IMG/VR virus record: IMGVR_UViG_3300042934_000776 | Span: 1-63,160 of that record | Length of the DNA stretch: 63,160 nt | Reading direction: 5' to 3' (one strand) | Source of the DNA: a virus | Lineage: Duplodnaviria; Caudoviricetes | Part shown: positions 35,490 through 44,349 of the stretch, piece after piece | Layout of the letters: every line of letters begins with the position of its first letter | Position numbering within the stretch: the first letter of the stretch is position 1 | Program-made: the position numbers and the translations under genes | Notes under the pieces: generated by a model | Seen by the model: the letters and a program-made list of their open reading frames with translations, nothing else | Database searches by the model: none | What the model was told of the DNA's origin: nothing

Positions 35490-35938
35490 TGCCACATCAC
35501 CCCGAGGTCGCGATTCCAGTGCGCCCAACCCTGGTGAAGATCGGTCCCGTCGCAGCGGTGCGAGTCACCGCTCATCAGGATGTGCGAGGCGCACCGATGC
35601 CGTGGGTCGGCCGCCCCGCCCCACGCGATCCCGTACTTGAGGTTCGCGGCATGGTGCTCTTCCCACTTCGGGTCGACCGAGGGGGCGTCGGCCATTCCGG
35701 TCGCCAGGTCGCCGTCCTCGGCACTCCCGGTCTTCTCAAGTTCGGACCACTTGATCTGCTCCTCCTCCTGGCGCCGCAGCGTGTCGCCGCGGGCAGCTTC
35801 GAGCATCTCGTCGAACTCCTCCTCCTCGAGCGTCGAGTTGGTCTCAAACCAGGTGCCCAGCCGGGCGATGGTCGCTTCACGCTCCTCGTAGCTGAGGGTG
35901 GCGATCAGGGCGGTGCGGATCTTGTCAGTGCTCGACAC
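35486..35938 (-). CDS. Hypothetical protein
   Basis: RBS GAAGGAG; C-terminal C/H cluster. Confidence 0.65.
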   Translation of the reverse strand: MSSTDKIRTALIATLSYEEREATIARLGTWFETNSTLEEEEFDEMLEAARGDTLRRQEEEQIKWSELEKTGSAEDGDLATGMADAPSVDPKWEEHHAANLKYGIAWGGAADPRHRCASHILMSGDSHRCDGTDLHQGWAHWNRDLGVMWQ

Positions 35939-36176
35939 GGGTTTCTCCTTCTGTTCGGTGGGCGGCCAGGAAGGCTTCGCCCTTGGGTGTGATCCATGAG
36001 TATCTCGGGGTGGTGCCGTAGTCCGAATGACCCTTGTCGGATGCAGACAGGGCTTTGTACAGCACCAGCTTGGGCGGGTAGCCGGCGGCGATCAGCGAGT
36101 CGAAGCCGTGGATGCCGTGCTCGGCGAGCGCGCGCAGCCACACCACCATGGGCAGGTCCGGGCTCGGGGCGGTCAT
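35925..36176 (-). CDS. Hypothetical protein (possible winged helix)
   Basis: DKGHSDYG...WITPKGEAFL. Confidence 0.55.
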   Translation of the reverse strand: MTAPSPDLPMVVWLRALAEHGIHGFDSLIAAGYPPKLVLYKALSASDKGHSDYGTTPRYSWITPKGEAFLAAHRTEGETRVEH

Positions 36177-36412
36177 CGGCGATACCACCGGATCTGCAGC
36201 ATGCGCTGGCCGGCGGCAAGTCGGTAGTCGGCGGGCAGTACGAGTGCGGTGAGGTGCTGCCGAATGCCAGCCCACTTCCCGCGAGTCTGCATCCGGGAGG
36301 TGATGACCTCGTAGCTTCGCCCAGTGCCGGTGCGGACGACATCGCCCGCCTCGAGCACCATCACCCGGGTGTCGACGTAAAGCTTCACGATCGCTCCGAC
36401 GGGGGCGGTCAT
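36173..36412 (-). CDS. Hypothetical protein
   Basis: RBS GGAGG; coupled. Confidence 0.55.
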   Translation of the reverse strand: MTAPVGAIVKLYVDTRVMVLEAGDVVRTGTGRSYEVITSRMQTRGKWAGIRQHLTALVLPADYRLAAGQRMLQIRWYRR

Positions 36413-36798
36413 GCCTCCTCCGGCAGCTTCGGCCACACGCCGGTCTCAGCGGTGGCGACCATGTACGGGATGGGCTCCGGGAAGTCCGGGTCGACGATCG
36501 GCTCGTCATCCTTGTCGAACAGCACGTTGCCGTCCTCGTCGGTGAGATAGATCCAGTGCTCCCGGCGCTCCACGGTGAGGGTGATGTCGCCGTGCTGCTC
36601 GACCCCCTCCCGCTCGATGGTCCGGGTGAGGTTCTCCACCAGCATCCGGTGCGCATGCTCGGCGACCTCCGGGTACTTGTCGGCCAGGGTGGCGCCGTAC
36701 TCGGCGCGCATCATCCGCACCATGGCGCGCTGCTCGTGATAGCTGCCATCGTCCAGCCGCCAGAGTCGGATGCCGCGCCACTCGTTGATCAGCTTCAT
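36409..36798 (-). CDS. Hypothetical protein
   Basis: MKLINEW; ATGA overlaps. Confidence 0.6.
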   Translation of the reverse strand: MKLINEWRGIRLWRLDDGSYHEQRAMVRMMRAEYGATLADKYPEVAEHAHRMLVENLTRTIEREGVEQHGDITLTVERREHWIYLTDEDGNVLFDKDDEPIVDPDFPEPIPYMVATAETGVWPKLPEEA

Positions 36799-37271
36799 CG
36801 CCGTGCCCCGCAGTCGAAGCATTCCTGGCTGCCGGACGTGCGCCACGCCCAGCGGTGCCGGTGGCCGATGAACGCGGGGTCCGGGTTGTCGTGAGGGGTG
36901 AGGAAGTCGACATTGATGGACCCGATCGTCCCGCCGATCCGACCGGAGGCGATCGCGTCAGTCAAGTCTGGACCGATGATGATCGGCCGACCGCCTGGAC
37001 GTCGTCGCCGCTCGTCGGTGGGACTCAGGGGCTGGCCAGGGCGGGCCGCCGCCTCCCGAACCATGTCGACCCACTGCCGTGCAGCTTCGCGGACCGTGGT
37101 GGGCTCGGGCTCCGGTTCGTCTTCGACCCAATACTCGCCGCTGCTGAACGCAGTGCTGATCGCCCACCGGACCGCGTCGCGGGTGGTGGTGAAGTGGTCG
37201 TGCGAGCCGTGGGTGTCGGGCATCTGGTCGATGATCTCATCCCAGCTGTCCCGTGGCCTGTCCTCGGACAT
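36795..37271 (-). CDS. Hypothetical protein, first gene of the leftward arm
   Basis: RBS GGAAGGAG before MSEDRPRD. Confidence 0.65.
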   Translation of the reverse strand: MSEDRPRDSWDEIIDQMPDTHGSHDHFTTTRDAVRWAISTAFSSGEYWVEDEPEPEPTTVREAARQWVDMVREAAARPGQPLSPTDERRRRPGGRPIIIGPDLTDAIASGRIGGTIGSINVDFLTPHDNPDPAFIGHRHRWAWRTSGSQECFDCGARR

Positions 37272-37290
37272 GTCGCTCCTTCCCAGCGGT

Positions 37291-37317
37291 TGTGTCATGT
37301 TATAGTAACACCATGAC
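37291..37317. promoter_or_regulatory. Divergent promoter/operator; leaderless -10 for the HTH gene
   Basis: TATAGT (37301-37306) 6 nt before ATG 37313; nested inverted repeats TGTTA-TAG-TAACA and GTCATG...CATGAC. Confidence 0.6.
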
Positions 37318-37543
37318 TGCCACCGCTCGCAATATTGAGCCTCTCCTGGCGCCGCAGGAAGTCGCCGACATCCTGGGCGTGCAGGTGTCGACGCTGGTGC
37401 GATGGCGCCGGCTGAAGCAGGGGCCTCCGTACGTCCGGGTCGGGCACCGCACGGTGCGCTACCAGCCGGAGGCGATCGAAGCGTGGATGAAGGCACGCAC
37501 AGGTCGCCCTCTGGTCGCACTGCCGCAGCCCGATCAGGACTGA
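37313..37543 (+). CDS. Excisionase/MerR-like HTH DNA-binding protein
   Basis: LLAPQEVADILGVQVSTLVRWR...GPPYVRVG..VRY. Confidence 0.85.
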   Translation: MTATARNIEPLLAPQEVADILGVQVSTLVRWRRLKQGPPYVRVGHRTVRYQPEAIEAWMKARTGRPLVALPQPDQD

Positions 37544-37547
37544 CCCG

Positions 37548-37910
37548 ATGCCCGCGCTTCGGACGCACGGCTTCGTCCCGCACTGGTTCCCGCGGGATGC
37601 CGTGTCGACGTACGGGTTGGCGCTGTCCGATCAGGCCGTCTTCTATGTCATCTGCGATCAGGCCGACGCCCATGGCCGTGCGAAGGCGTCGCAGCGTCTC
37701 ATCGGCGAGCGCACCGGCATGGCCCGGTCCACCGTGCAGGCCGCTCTCGACCGGCTGATCTCGCTCCACCTGCTCGAGGTGTCCTGGCCGAACGGGGTGA
37801 AGTCGGCCACCCAATACCAGGTGCCAGAGGCGATGCCGCTGCCTGCCCCGGCGATCGCCGCCCCCACCCGTCGCGATGAGTCGCAGGTCCGTGCGCGCCG
37901 CGTCGGCTGA
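37548..37910 (+). CDS. Winged-helix protein, replication-initiator N-domain-like
   Basis: AVFYVICDQAD...ASQRLIGERTGMARSTVQAALDRL...Y. Confidence 0.75.
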   Translation: MPALRTHGFVPHWFPRDAVSTYGLALSDQAVFYVICDQADAHGRAKASQRLIGERTGMARSTVQAALDRLISLHLLEVSWPNGVKSATQYQVPEAMPLPAPAIAAPTRRDESQVRARRVG

Positions 37911-38050
37911 GGCCCGATGGTCGGTCCTCAAAGTTACCGGATGAGGCCCGATCATCGTGCCAGTTGTCATAGTATGGCGAACCCTCAAATTAGGTCGTAG
38001 AGGCCCGATGATCGGTCGAGGGGGTGCCTTTGAGGCCCGATGATCGGGCC
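37908..38050. repeat. Four iteron-like direct repeats GAGGCCCGATSRTCG
   Basis: Copies begin at 37909, 37943, 38000 and 38032, immediately after the wHTH stop. Confidence 0.85.
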
Positions 38051-38351
38051 CCTTAGGTATAGACGGCCAACTTTCCGTTTCCGATGCCTCCAACTCTCCC
38101 ATTCACGGGACCTGTTCTCGAGCTCGACCGGAGCGTCAGCGGAGGGTCGAGCGAAGCCGCTTCAGCCTCTCCTCCCGGGCTTGTTCTCGCATGGCGGTCG
38201 CTCGACCTCCGCTCCGCTGCGGCTCGCTCTTGCGTGGTGGATTCTGGTATTTCGTATAACGCTATTTCTGGGGGAGGCACTTGCATGTCACCTGGCCGAG
38301 CGGGCCACCGCCGAACCGCGCCAGCCGGAACCGTGAGGGTGGGGGGCCCTC

Positions 38352-38368
38352 AATTCACCGGGTGAATC
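38352..38368. repeat. 17-bp palindrome, copy 1
   Basis: AATTCACCGGGTGAATC (1 mismatch to consensus). Confidence 0.9.
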
Positions 38369-38392
38369 GGTCCGGTCGCCACGGCAGAGAGT

Positions 38393-38423
38393 CACTTGCA
38401 TTACCGGGGCCATCCGGTAGTGT
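38393..38423 (+). promoter_or_regulatory. Early promoter P1
   Basis: CAC-TTGCAT-N16-TAGTGT; near-identical to 42047-42077. Confidence 0.7.
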
Positions 38424-38475
38424 TGTCTTTGTGGGCGAGCACTGCCCACAACCGAACCGGCGGCACCGGCACAGC

Positions 38476-38492
38476 GATTCACCCGGTGAATC
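38476..38492. repeat. 17-bp palindrome, copy 2
   Basis: GATTCACCCGGTGAATC, just upstream of an RBS. Confidence 0.95.
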
Positions 38493-38511
38493 GAGACAGG
38501 AACTGAGAACG

Positions 38512-39258
38512 ATGGACACGAAGAGCACAACCGAAGAGGTCACCCACCTCACTGCCGAACTGATCGGCAAGCTGGCCACGGCCTACGGCGACACCGATAA
38601 GGCGCTGACGGATCGGGCCCTGGCTGTGAATGCCGCCCTGGCCTACGGCGTCGACGTCAAGACGATGGCCGCCGATATGGCCGCCGCGAACCGTGCGAAC
38701 CCCGCCATTCCGGCCGTGGTTCCTGCGACTCTCGGCTACGCGCGGTTCGCCATCACCGTGGCGGAGGCCATCGGCACGGACCTCCGCGCGTGGATCTCGC
38801 GGGACCGTAAGGCGGTCGCCGACACGATCCGCGCGGGCAAGCGCGTGGGCCTCAAGGCGGCGGGGACGGCCGTCCGCGACGCGCTGAAGCCGATCGACAA
38901 GTCCAAGCACTTCGAGCGCGAAGAGATCGCGGTCACCGTGGTGACCGATCTCCTCTCGACGATCCTCCCGGAACCCGCCCCGGCGACGCCGCGTCAGAAG
39001 AAGAGCGACGGACCGGACGAGATCGACGGCGAGACCGGCGGCAAGAAGGAGACCGTCAGCGAGACCATGACGGCCGCCGCCGCGCTGGCCACCGTGCGAG
39101 CGCTCACGGCGTGGCTGACGACGGGTTCCGGCACCTGGTCGCCGGACCTCGAGTCCGCCCTGTCGGAGCTTCGGACCGCGGCCACGGCCAGCCGGAAGCG
39201 CGGCCAGGGCGAGACCGCCAAGCTCAAGGGGGCGCGCGTCGAGACTCCCGCCGCGTGA
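38512..39258 (+). CDS. Hypothetical protein, first gene of the early arm
   Basis: MDTKSTTEE; Ala/Lys/Thr-rich helical, strong GC3 bias. Confidence 0.75.
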   Translation: MDTKSTTEEVTHLTAELIGKLATAYGDTDKALTDRALAVNAALAYGVDVKTMAADMAAANRANPAIPAVVPATLGYARFAITVAEAIGTDLRAWISRDRKAVADTIRAGKRVGLKAAGTAVRDALKPIDKSKHFEREEIAVTVVTDLLSTILPEPAPATPRQKKSDGPDEIDGETGGKKETVSETMTAAAALATVRALTAWLTTGSGTWSPDLESALSELRTAATASRKRGQGETAKLKGARVETPAA

Positions 39259-39330
39259 CACGACCGGAGCGGCCGTCGGGTGAGGTGTCCCCGGCGGCCG
39301 CTCCCACGCCCGGCAGTAGCTGCGGCCCCC

Positions 39331-39347
39331 GATTCACCCGGTGAATC
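39331..39347. repeat. 17-bp palindrome, copy 3
   Basis: GATTCACCCGGTGAATC, intergenic. Confidence 0.95.
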
Positions 39348-39442
39348 GTGGGCGACAGGTGCCACCTGGCCCCGCATCGACAACACGTCGATATCTCAAC
39401 GAAGATGGCCGCACATGGTGCGACCGGGAAGGACAGGCCATC

Positions 39443-39673
39443 ATGGCCAGCATGCGGAAACTCCGGCGGAACGCGGAGCACGCGGCAGCCGCCTACCGGG
39501 CTGCAGCCGCCGACGTCATCACGGCGACACTCAACGAACGGACCGCCGGACGCGAACCGTCCGACAGCCCCGACGTGCAGCGACTCAGGCGCCGGTCCGG
39601 CGCGTACCACGCACAGTGGCTCGCCGCAGAGCGCCGCGTCGAAGAGAACCTGTCACGGGAGGTGGCATCGTGA
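39443..39673 (+). CDS. Hypothetical protein
   Basis: RBS GGAAGGA; GTGA overlap downstream. Confidence 0.6.
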   Translation: MASMRKLRRNAEHAAAAYRAAAADVITATLNERTAGREPSDSPDVQRLRRRSGAYHAQWLAAERRVEENLSREVAS

Positions 39674-39933
39674 GCGAGCGCCAGACCCGCGGCGACTGGA
39701 TCGCCGCCATCATCACCGCTGCACTCGTGTTCGCAGTGATGCTGTGGATGCTGCACCTGGCCACCGATCACCCTGCGCACCCGCCGGTCGAGATCATCAA
39801 CGAAGATGGCCTGGCACCGTGCCCCACCGAAGACTCGACCGACTGCTACTGGGATGCCGACACGATGGGCAACGGCCACGGCCGCGACGTCATCGACCTC
39901 GGCAGTGACGGGGTTGTGGAGGTGTCGCCGTGA
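39670..39933 (+). CDS. Membrane protein with PCxxEDSxxCYWDA...GNGxG motif
   Basis: One TM helix plus a motif recurrent in actinophages. Confidence 0.7.
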   Translation: MSERQTRGDWIAAIITAALVFAVMLWMLHLATDHPAHPPVEIINEDGLAPCPTEDSTDCYWDADTMGNGHGRDVIDLGSDGVVEVSP

Positions 39934-40316
39934 ACGCTGAGCAGATCCTCGACACCCTCGCCAGGCTGCAAGCCGACGTCATCCAGACCGGCTGGGAACG
40001 GGAACGGGAGCAGCGTCGCGCCGCCAGAATGGCAGCGATCACTGCCGCCGACCTGCACCCGTTGAAGGTGGCGCGTGACCTCAACGAAGCTGCGATCGCC
40101 GCCCGCGACAGGATGCTGGACGCGGTCCGGCATCACCGTCTCACGCAGGCTCACAACAGCCTGACGTGCCCCATCTGCGAGGGCCCGAAGTCCCCGAACC
40201 CGGCGGACTACACCTGCCCTGCCTGCCAGGCGCCAGCCGGCCAGCCGTGCACCCAACCGACCAACACGGGACGCCGGCCGGTGCGCTGGCATCACGCCAT
40301 GCGGGGTGCGCTGTGA
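39930..40316 (+). CDS. Zinc-finger protein
   Basis: CPICE and CPACQAPAGQPC...HHAMR. Confidence 0.65.
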   Translation: MNAEQILDTLARLQADVIQTGWEREREQRRAARMAAITAADLHPLKVARDLNEAAIAARDRMLDAVRHHRLTQAHNSLTCPICEGPKSPNPADYTCPACQAPAGQPCTQPTNTGRRPVRWHHAMRGAL

Positions 40317-40444
40317 ACCGCGGCCGCATCAACGCGCCAGCCCTGCTGGCCGCGGTCTGCCTCACCGTCGTCGTGCTCGCCATGGCGGCAGCCTGGGTGA
40401 CGCTCGTTGTCGCCGTCGTCCACTCTGTGAACGGCACCCCGTAA
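40313..40444 (+). CDS. Small membrane protein (43 aa)
   Basis: GTGA overlap; hydrophobic. Confidence 0.5.
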   Translation: MNRGRINAPALLAAVCLTVVVLAMAAAWVTLVVAVVHSVNGTP

Positions 40445-40499
40445 GTAACCAGATCCCCTGGCCCCTTCGGCGCACGCCTCCGGGGCTCTCAACAAACCT

Positions 40500-40516
40500 G
40501 ATTCACCCGGTGAATC
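40500..40516. repeat. 17-bp palindrome, copy 4
   Basis: GATTCACCCGGTGAATC upstream of an RBS. Confidence 0.95.
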
Positions 40517-40543
40517 GGACCACCACAACGAAGGAGAAACGAG

Positions 40544-40756
40544 ATGAGCGGACGCAAAGCGAAGCAGGCACGACGCCTCGAGAACGAGGGTCAGCCGTAC
40601 TTCAAGGAGATCAAGCGCCCCACCACGGCGTACGTCCCCCGCAAGGAGCAGCAGGAGCGCCGACGCCGCGAGCGTGCCTCCGCGAAGCGTGCCGCGGAGA
40701 CCAGCGCGAAGATGCTCTCCGCGTTCACCCGCGGCCGCGAGAAGGGCCTCAGCTGA
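40544..40756 (+). CDS. Small basic protein
   Basis: RBS GAAGGAG; Arg/Lys-rich. Confidence 0.7.
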   Translation: MSGRKAKQARRLENEGQPYFKEIKRPTTAYVPRKEQQERRRRERASAKRAAETSAKMLSAFTRGREKGLS

Positions 40757-40941
40757 TGGTCACCGTCTCGCCCGTCGCCGCGAAGGCGATCGTCGGCACC
40801 CGTTACCGCGTGCTCGACCTCAACGCCCGGCGCACCATCGCCCACGGCCTCACCCTGGGGCAGGCGCACGACCTCATCAAACAGGGCAAGGCTGCGAACC
40901 AGCAGGCCCGCTTCGACATCAGGACGGAGACCCGATCATGA
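40756..40941 (+). CDS. Hypothetical protein
   Basis: TGATG coupling. Confidence 0.6.
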   Translation: MVTVSPVAAKAIVGTRYRVLDLNARRTIAHGLTLGQAHDLIKQGKAANQQARFDIRTETRS

Positions 40942-41336
40942 GACAGCATCCCGGCAAGTACGCCGACATCGTCGACGAGTGGCTGCACCAGACCGCCATC
41001 AAGGAAGACGACGGGTTCGGCGACGTCGAAGCGCCCACCGGCTACGTGTTCAAGTTGGACGTCGACCCGGACGCGGAGGGCCACGAGTCCGCGTGGCTCG
41101 AGCGCAAGATCGCCGAGTGGTACGGCCCGTTCTTCCTGGTCATCGAAGACAGCCAGGGCACGATGCTGTTCCCGTACTACGCCACCGCCGAAGAGCGGGA
41201 CCAGGCGGCCCAGGAGCTCAGCGTGATCTACGACACCTGGGTCGACGCCGACGAGGACGAGGGCTGCGAGGGTCACGAGTCGCTCGCCGGCGCCCACATG
41301 GGCGAGTCGATCTACTGCGACGGGTCGTGCCGCTGA
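40938..41336 (+). CDS. Acidic hypothetical protein
   Basis: GDVEAPTG motif; C-terminal CEGHESL.G.HMGESIYCDGSC. Confidence 0.7.
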   Translation: MRQHPGKYADIVDEWLHQTAIKEDDGFGDVEAPTGYVFKLDVDPDAEGHESAWLERKIAEWYGPFFLVIEDSQGTMLFPYYATAEERDQAAQELSVIYDTWVDADEDEGCEGHESLAGAHMGESIYCDGSCR

Positions 41337-41740
41337 TGTTCACCTCACGCAAGCAGATCCGCCACGCGCTCGAGGCGTACATCTCGCAGGTCGAGCGCAC
41401 CGGTCAGTCAACGAACCTGGAGCAGCAGCTGTTCGCCGCCCTGCAGGGACTCGTCGCCGACCTGAAGGACCGGATCGGCGACCTGCCGTCCGGCGATTCA
41501 CCGAGTGAATCGGCAGCAGTCCATCCGGTGGCCGACGCAGCGCGCTGCACGCAGGCCGGCTACCACCTGGGCGGCTCACGCCACGTCCGCGCCGTCTGCC
41601 CGACGGTCACCGCCACCATCCCCTCGACAGGGGGCGTGACCCTCGGCGAACTCGCCGAGGACATGAGCGATTGGCGCCGAGTGGGCGTAACCCGCGGCGC
41701 CGTCGAGTACGTCATCAACCAGGTGTGGTGGGAGCAGTGA
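41336..41740 (+). CDS. Hypothetical protein (contains palindrome copy 5 at 41495-41511)
   Basis: Coupled ORF; GATTCACCGAGTGAATC encodes DSPSES. Confidence 0.65.
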   Translation: MFTSRKQIRHALEAYISQVERTGQSTNLEQQLFAALQGLVADLKDRIGDLPSGDSPSESAAVHPVADAARCTQAGYHLGGSRHVRAVCPTVTATIPSTGGVTLGELAEDMSDWRRVGVTRGAVEYVINQVWWEQ

Positions 41741-42045
41741 GCCTCGAGCGCGTGGTCCTCGGTCTGCTCGAGGCGGTCGAGAAGTCCAACGAACAGGTCG
41801 GTCACTATACCGACGTCGACCTGCTCTGCGCCTGCGGCCGCGAGGCAGACCTCGCGGGTGACGAACAGGATGCGACTCGGGTCTGGGACCTGGTCGAGCA
41901 CGCCCTCTTCGATCACACCACGGCTCACGACATCCTGCTCGAACGGCGGATGCGGCTGATCTCATCCAACGAGATGCGCCTGGTCGCCGGCTATGAACCA
42001 GCAACCGAGGCGGAGCAGAAGTGGCGGGAGCGGCAGTCCCTGTAG
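41737..42045 (+). CDS. Hypothetical protein
   Basis: GTGA overlap; RBS GGGAG. Confidence 0.6.
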   Translation: MSLERVVLGLLEAVEKSNEQVGHYTDVDLLCACGREADLAGDEQDATRVWDLVEHALFDHTTAHDILLERRMRLISSNEMRLVAGYEPATEAEQKWRERQSL

Positions 42046-42046
42046 C

Positions 42047-42077
42047 CACTTGCATTACCGGGGATATCCGGTAAGCT
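42047..42077 (+). promoter_or_regulatory. Early promoter P2
   Basis: CAC-TTGCAT-N16-TAAGCT. Confidence 0.7.
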
Positions 42078-42118
42078 AGACGAAGTCGGGCGGGTCGAGA
42101 AACGCCTGATCAACGAGC

Positions 42119-42135
42119 GATTCACCGAGTGAATC
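42119..42135. repeat. 17-bp palindrome, copy 6
   Basis: GATTCACCGAGTGAATC abutting an RBS. Confidence 0.95.
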
Positions 42136-42151
42136 GGGAAGGAGAACGGTC

Positions 42152-43717
42152 ATGGGCAGCAACTACCACGACCACGACGCCATCGCCATGCGGTGGGTCG
42201 ACCGGGCCTACCACGGCCAGCAGTTCGCCAACGCCCGCAAGGGCGCCAACCTGCACGACGAAGGCGACTCGATCTACAGCTACGGCCACCACTTCGAGGT
42301 CGCCCGCATCCTGCGGGACCACAAGCGCCGCCCCGTCGGGTGGCTGCTCAACGGCAACACGTACAGCAACACCACGAACAAGCACCAGTTCGCGGTGCGC
42401 AACGCCATCGCCCGCAACGGGCGCGGCCTGCCGAGCGTGACCATCCCGCACGACGCGCTCGCCGCCGCTGGCATCGAGCTCGAGTCGGTGCAGATCGTCA
42501 ACGTCCAGCCGGACTGGTGGACCGAGCGTGAAGAGCGCCGCTTCAGCCGACCCGAATCCTGGGTCACCCGCGAGACGCGCACCGAGATCGGCGGCTGGCA
42601 GAACACCCTGACCGGCGAGTACCGCAGCCGCGTCACCTACTGGGGACCGGATGCCGTCAGTCAGCCGAAGGTCGAGTGCGACCACGTGCTGCCCGACCCG
42701 CCGGGACCATGGAAGCCAGGCTTCAACTGGTATCGCGACGCCGCGGCCGACCATGCCCGGGAGATCCACGAGCGCGCGCGCCACGGCGTGTGGGAGGAGG
42801 TGCCGTCGATCACTCGCAGCACCGGACGGGTGCGCATCTTCTCGTCCTCGAACGTCGAGTGGGACATCGAGGACGACCCGGAGTCGCCGATCGGCGTGGC
42901 CTACACACGCATCGTGCGGCGCCACTGGCTCGGTGCGTCGCTGATCAAGGCGGCCACGATTCACCAGGTGAATCGGAAGCACGACGCCTGCAACGGCACC
43001 GGCGTGGGCGAGGAGCGCTGGGTCTACAACGGCATGAGCGGCGAGGGTCCGCTCACCGAGGACGAGATGGCCCGCCACCTGCGCCACGAGCAGTTCGTCA
43101 TGGAGCGCAACGGCGGCATCCGCCAGCCGGTGCAGCACCACGTCGAGACGTACAGGCGTGAGGACTTCTGCTTCGGATGCAGCGGTCGCGGCACGATCCG
43201 GGTGCCCCGGCGCCGGTGGGCGTACTACCTCAGCGGGTTCGATCTCAACGAGACCCGGCCGAGCTACTTCTTCTGCGAGCTCCCGCCGAAGAGCGCCCCG
43301 ACCACGGTGGCGGAGGCGTACGAGGCGTTGAAGCCGGCATCCGTCAAGCTGGCGGAGGCGATGGGCCGCGAGGTGAAGCGTCAGGGTGACATCTTCGCCA
43401 TCCCGGTGCCGTCGGTCGACACGGCGCAGCTGAAGCGCGACGGCGAGTACCGCCGGTACGCATCCGAGATGGTCACCGAGACCATCTGGAACCGACGAGG
43501 TCGACCGCGCGAGGTGCGCATGCGTCGGTCCGAGCACCTGGCGCACGTCCTGGACACCAACCACGAGTGCACCGAGGTCGTCACCATCAACGGACAGACG
43601 TACGGTCGGGGCACCATGGTGCACTCGCCCGGCGACCGCCTGCCCGACCACAAGCGCCTGCAGCTGGGGAAGACCTGGCACCTGTTGGTGAAGAACACCG
43701 TCCCGATTGGAGCCTGA
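42152..43717 (+). CDS. Large early protein of unknown function (contains palindrome copy 7 at 42958-42974)
   Basis: Strong RBS; YSYGHHF...YSNTTNKHQ N-terminal module; RQGDIF...H...H C-terminal module. Confidence 0.85.
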   Translation: MGSNYHDHDAIAMRWVDRAYHGQQFANARKGANLHDEGDSIYSYGHHFEVARILRDHKRRPVGWLLNGNTYSNTTNKHQFAVRNAIARNGRGLPSVTIPHDALAAAGIELESVQIVNVQPDWWTEREERRFSRPESWVTRETRTEIGGWQNTLTGEYRSRVTYWGPDAVSQPKVECDHVLPDPPGPWKPGFNWYRDAAADHAREIHERARHGVWEEVPSITRSTGRVRIFSSSNVEWDIEDDPESPIGVAYTRIVRRHWLGASLIKAATIHQVNRKHDACNGTGVGEERWVYNGMSGEGPLTEDEMARHLRHEQFVMERNGGIRQPVQHHVETYRREDFCFGCSGRGTIRVPRRRWAYYLSGFDLNETRPSYFFCELPPKSAPTTVAEAYEALKPASVKLAEAMGREVKRQGDIFAIPVPSVDTAQLKRDGEYRRYASEMVTETIWNRRGRPREVRMRRSEHLAHVLDTNHECTEVVTINGQTYGRGTMVHSPGDRLPDHKRLQLGKTWHLLVKNTVPIGA

Positions 43718-43718
43718 C

Positions 43719-44060
43719 ATGCCCCTCTTTCACGATGCCCACCCGAATGCCGAGCACCCGGACCGGCCCGACCACGAGGACTTCCGGCTGCTCGCTGAAC
43801 TCATGCAGGATCTCGACCGGCAGGCCGAGTTCGGGGTGCCGGTCGAGGAGCTCGTGCCCGCCGACCAGAATTCGGTGATCTACGCGGCGGACCAACGGCT
43901 GCTGCGCGCGCTCGGCCCGGGTTGGCTGACTCTGACTCGGGCGATGAAGATGACCCTGCTCGCCGTGTACCTGGACGCCTTCACCCTGGGGACGTCCTTC
44001 GCCAACCGTCGGCATGCCGACAACGAGACCGGCACTGCCGGAGAAGGGAGCTCATCGTGA
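43719..44060 (+). CDS. Hypothetical protein
   Basis: PDRPDHEDF..L motif. Confidence 0.65.
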   Translation: MPLFHDAHPNAEHPDRPDHEDFRLLAELMQDLDRQAEFGVPVEELVPADQNSVIYAADQRLLRALGPGWLTLTRAMKMTLLAVYLDAFTLGTSFANRRHADNETGTAGEGSSS

Positions 44061-44227
44061 GCACCACCACCCTCGAGCGCGCCGAGGTCACCGCACCTCC
44101 CGTCGCGCTCACCAAAGCGCAGGAGGATGCCCTGATCGGGCTCGCTGCGTCCACCGAGAAGCCTGCGCGCGTGCGCAGCCTGCGCCATGAGGTGCGGGCC
44201 TGGTCTCTCGGCGGCAACGTGGACTGA
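44057..44227 (+). CDS. Hypothetical protein
   Basis: GTGA overlap; RBS. Confidence 0.5.
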   Translation: MSTTTLERAEVTAPPVALTKAQEDALIGLAASTEKPARVRSLRHEVRAWSLGGNVD

Positions 44228-44289
44228 TGTCCGCGGGCCGCTGCCGGCATCTTCCCCCGCTGCCGGCGGCGGTTCGGGTATCTCAGCCC

Positions 44290-44306
44290 GATTCACCAGG
44301 TGAATC
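44290..44306. repeat. 17-bp palindrome, copy 8
   Basis: GATTCACCAGGTGAATC, intergenic. Confidence 0.95.
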
Positions 44307-44349
44307 TCAACGCATATGGCATGCCCGGCATGCCTGGAAAGGAATGGAC

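Noticed and set aside
37313-37543. Xis-like gene as evidence of a temperate lifestyle
   Set aside because: No integrase, ParA or CI-like repressor recognised; this HTH family is common in lytic actinophages
36795-38102. 435-aa minus-strand ORF
   Set aside because: Only the part from ATG 37271 has an RBS and coding character; the rest overlaps the two plus-strand HTH genes
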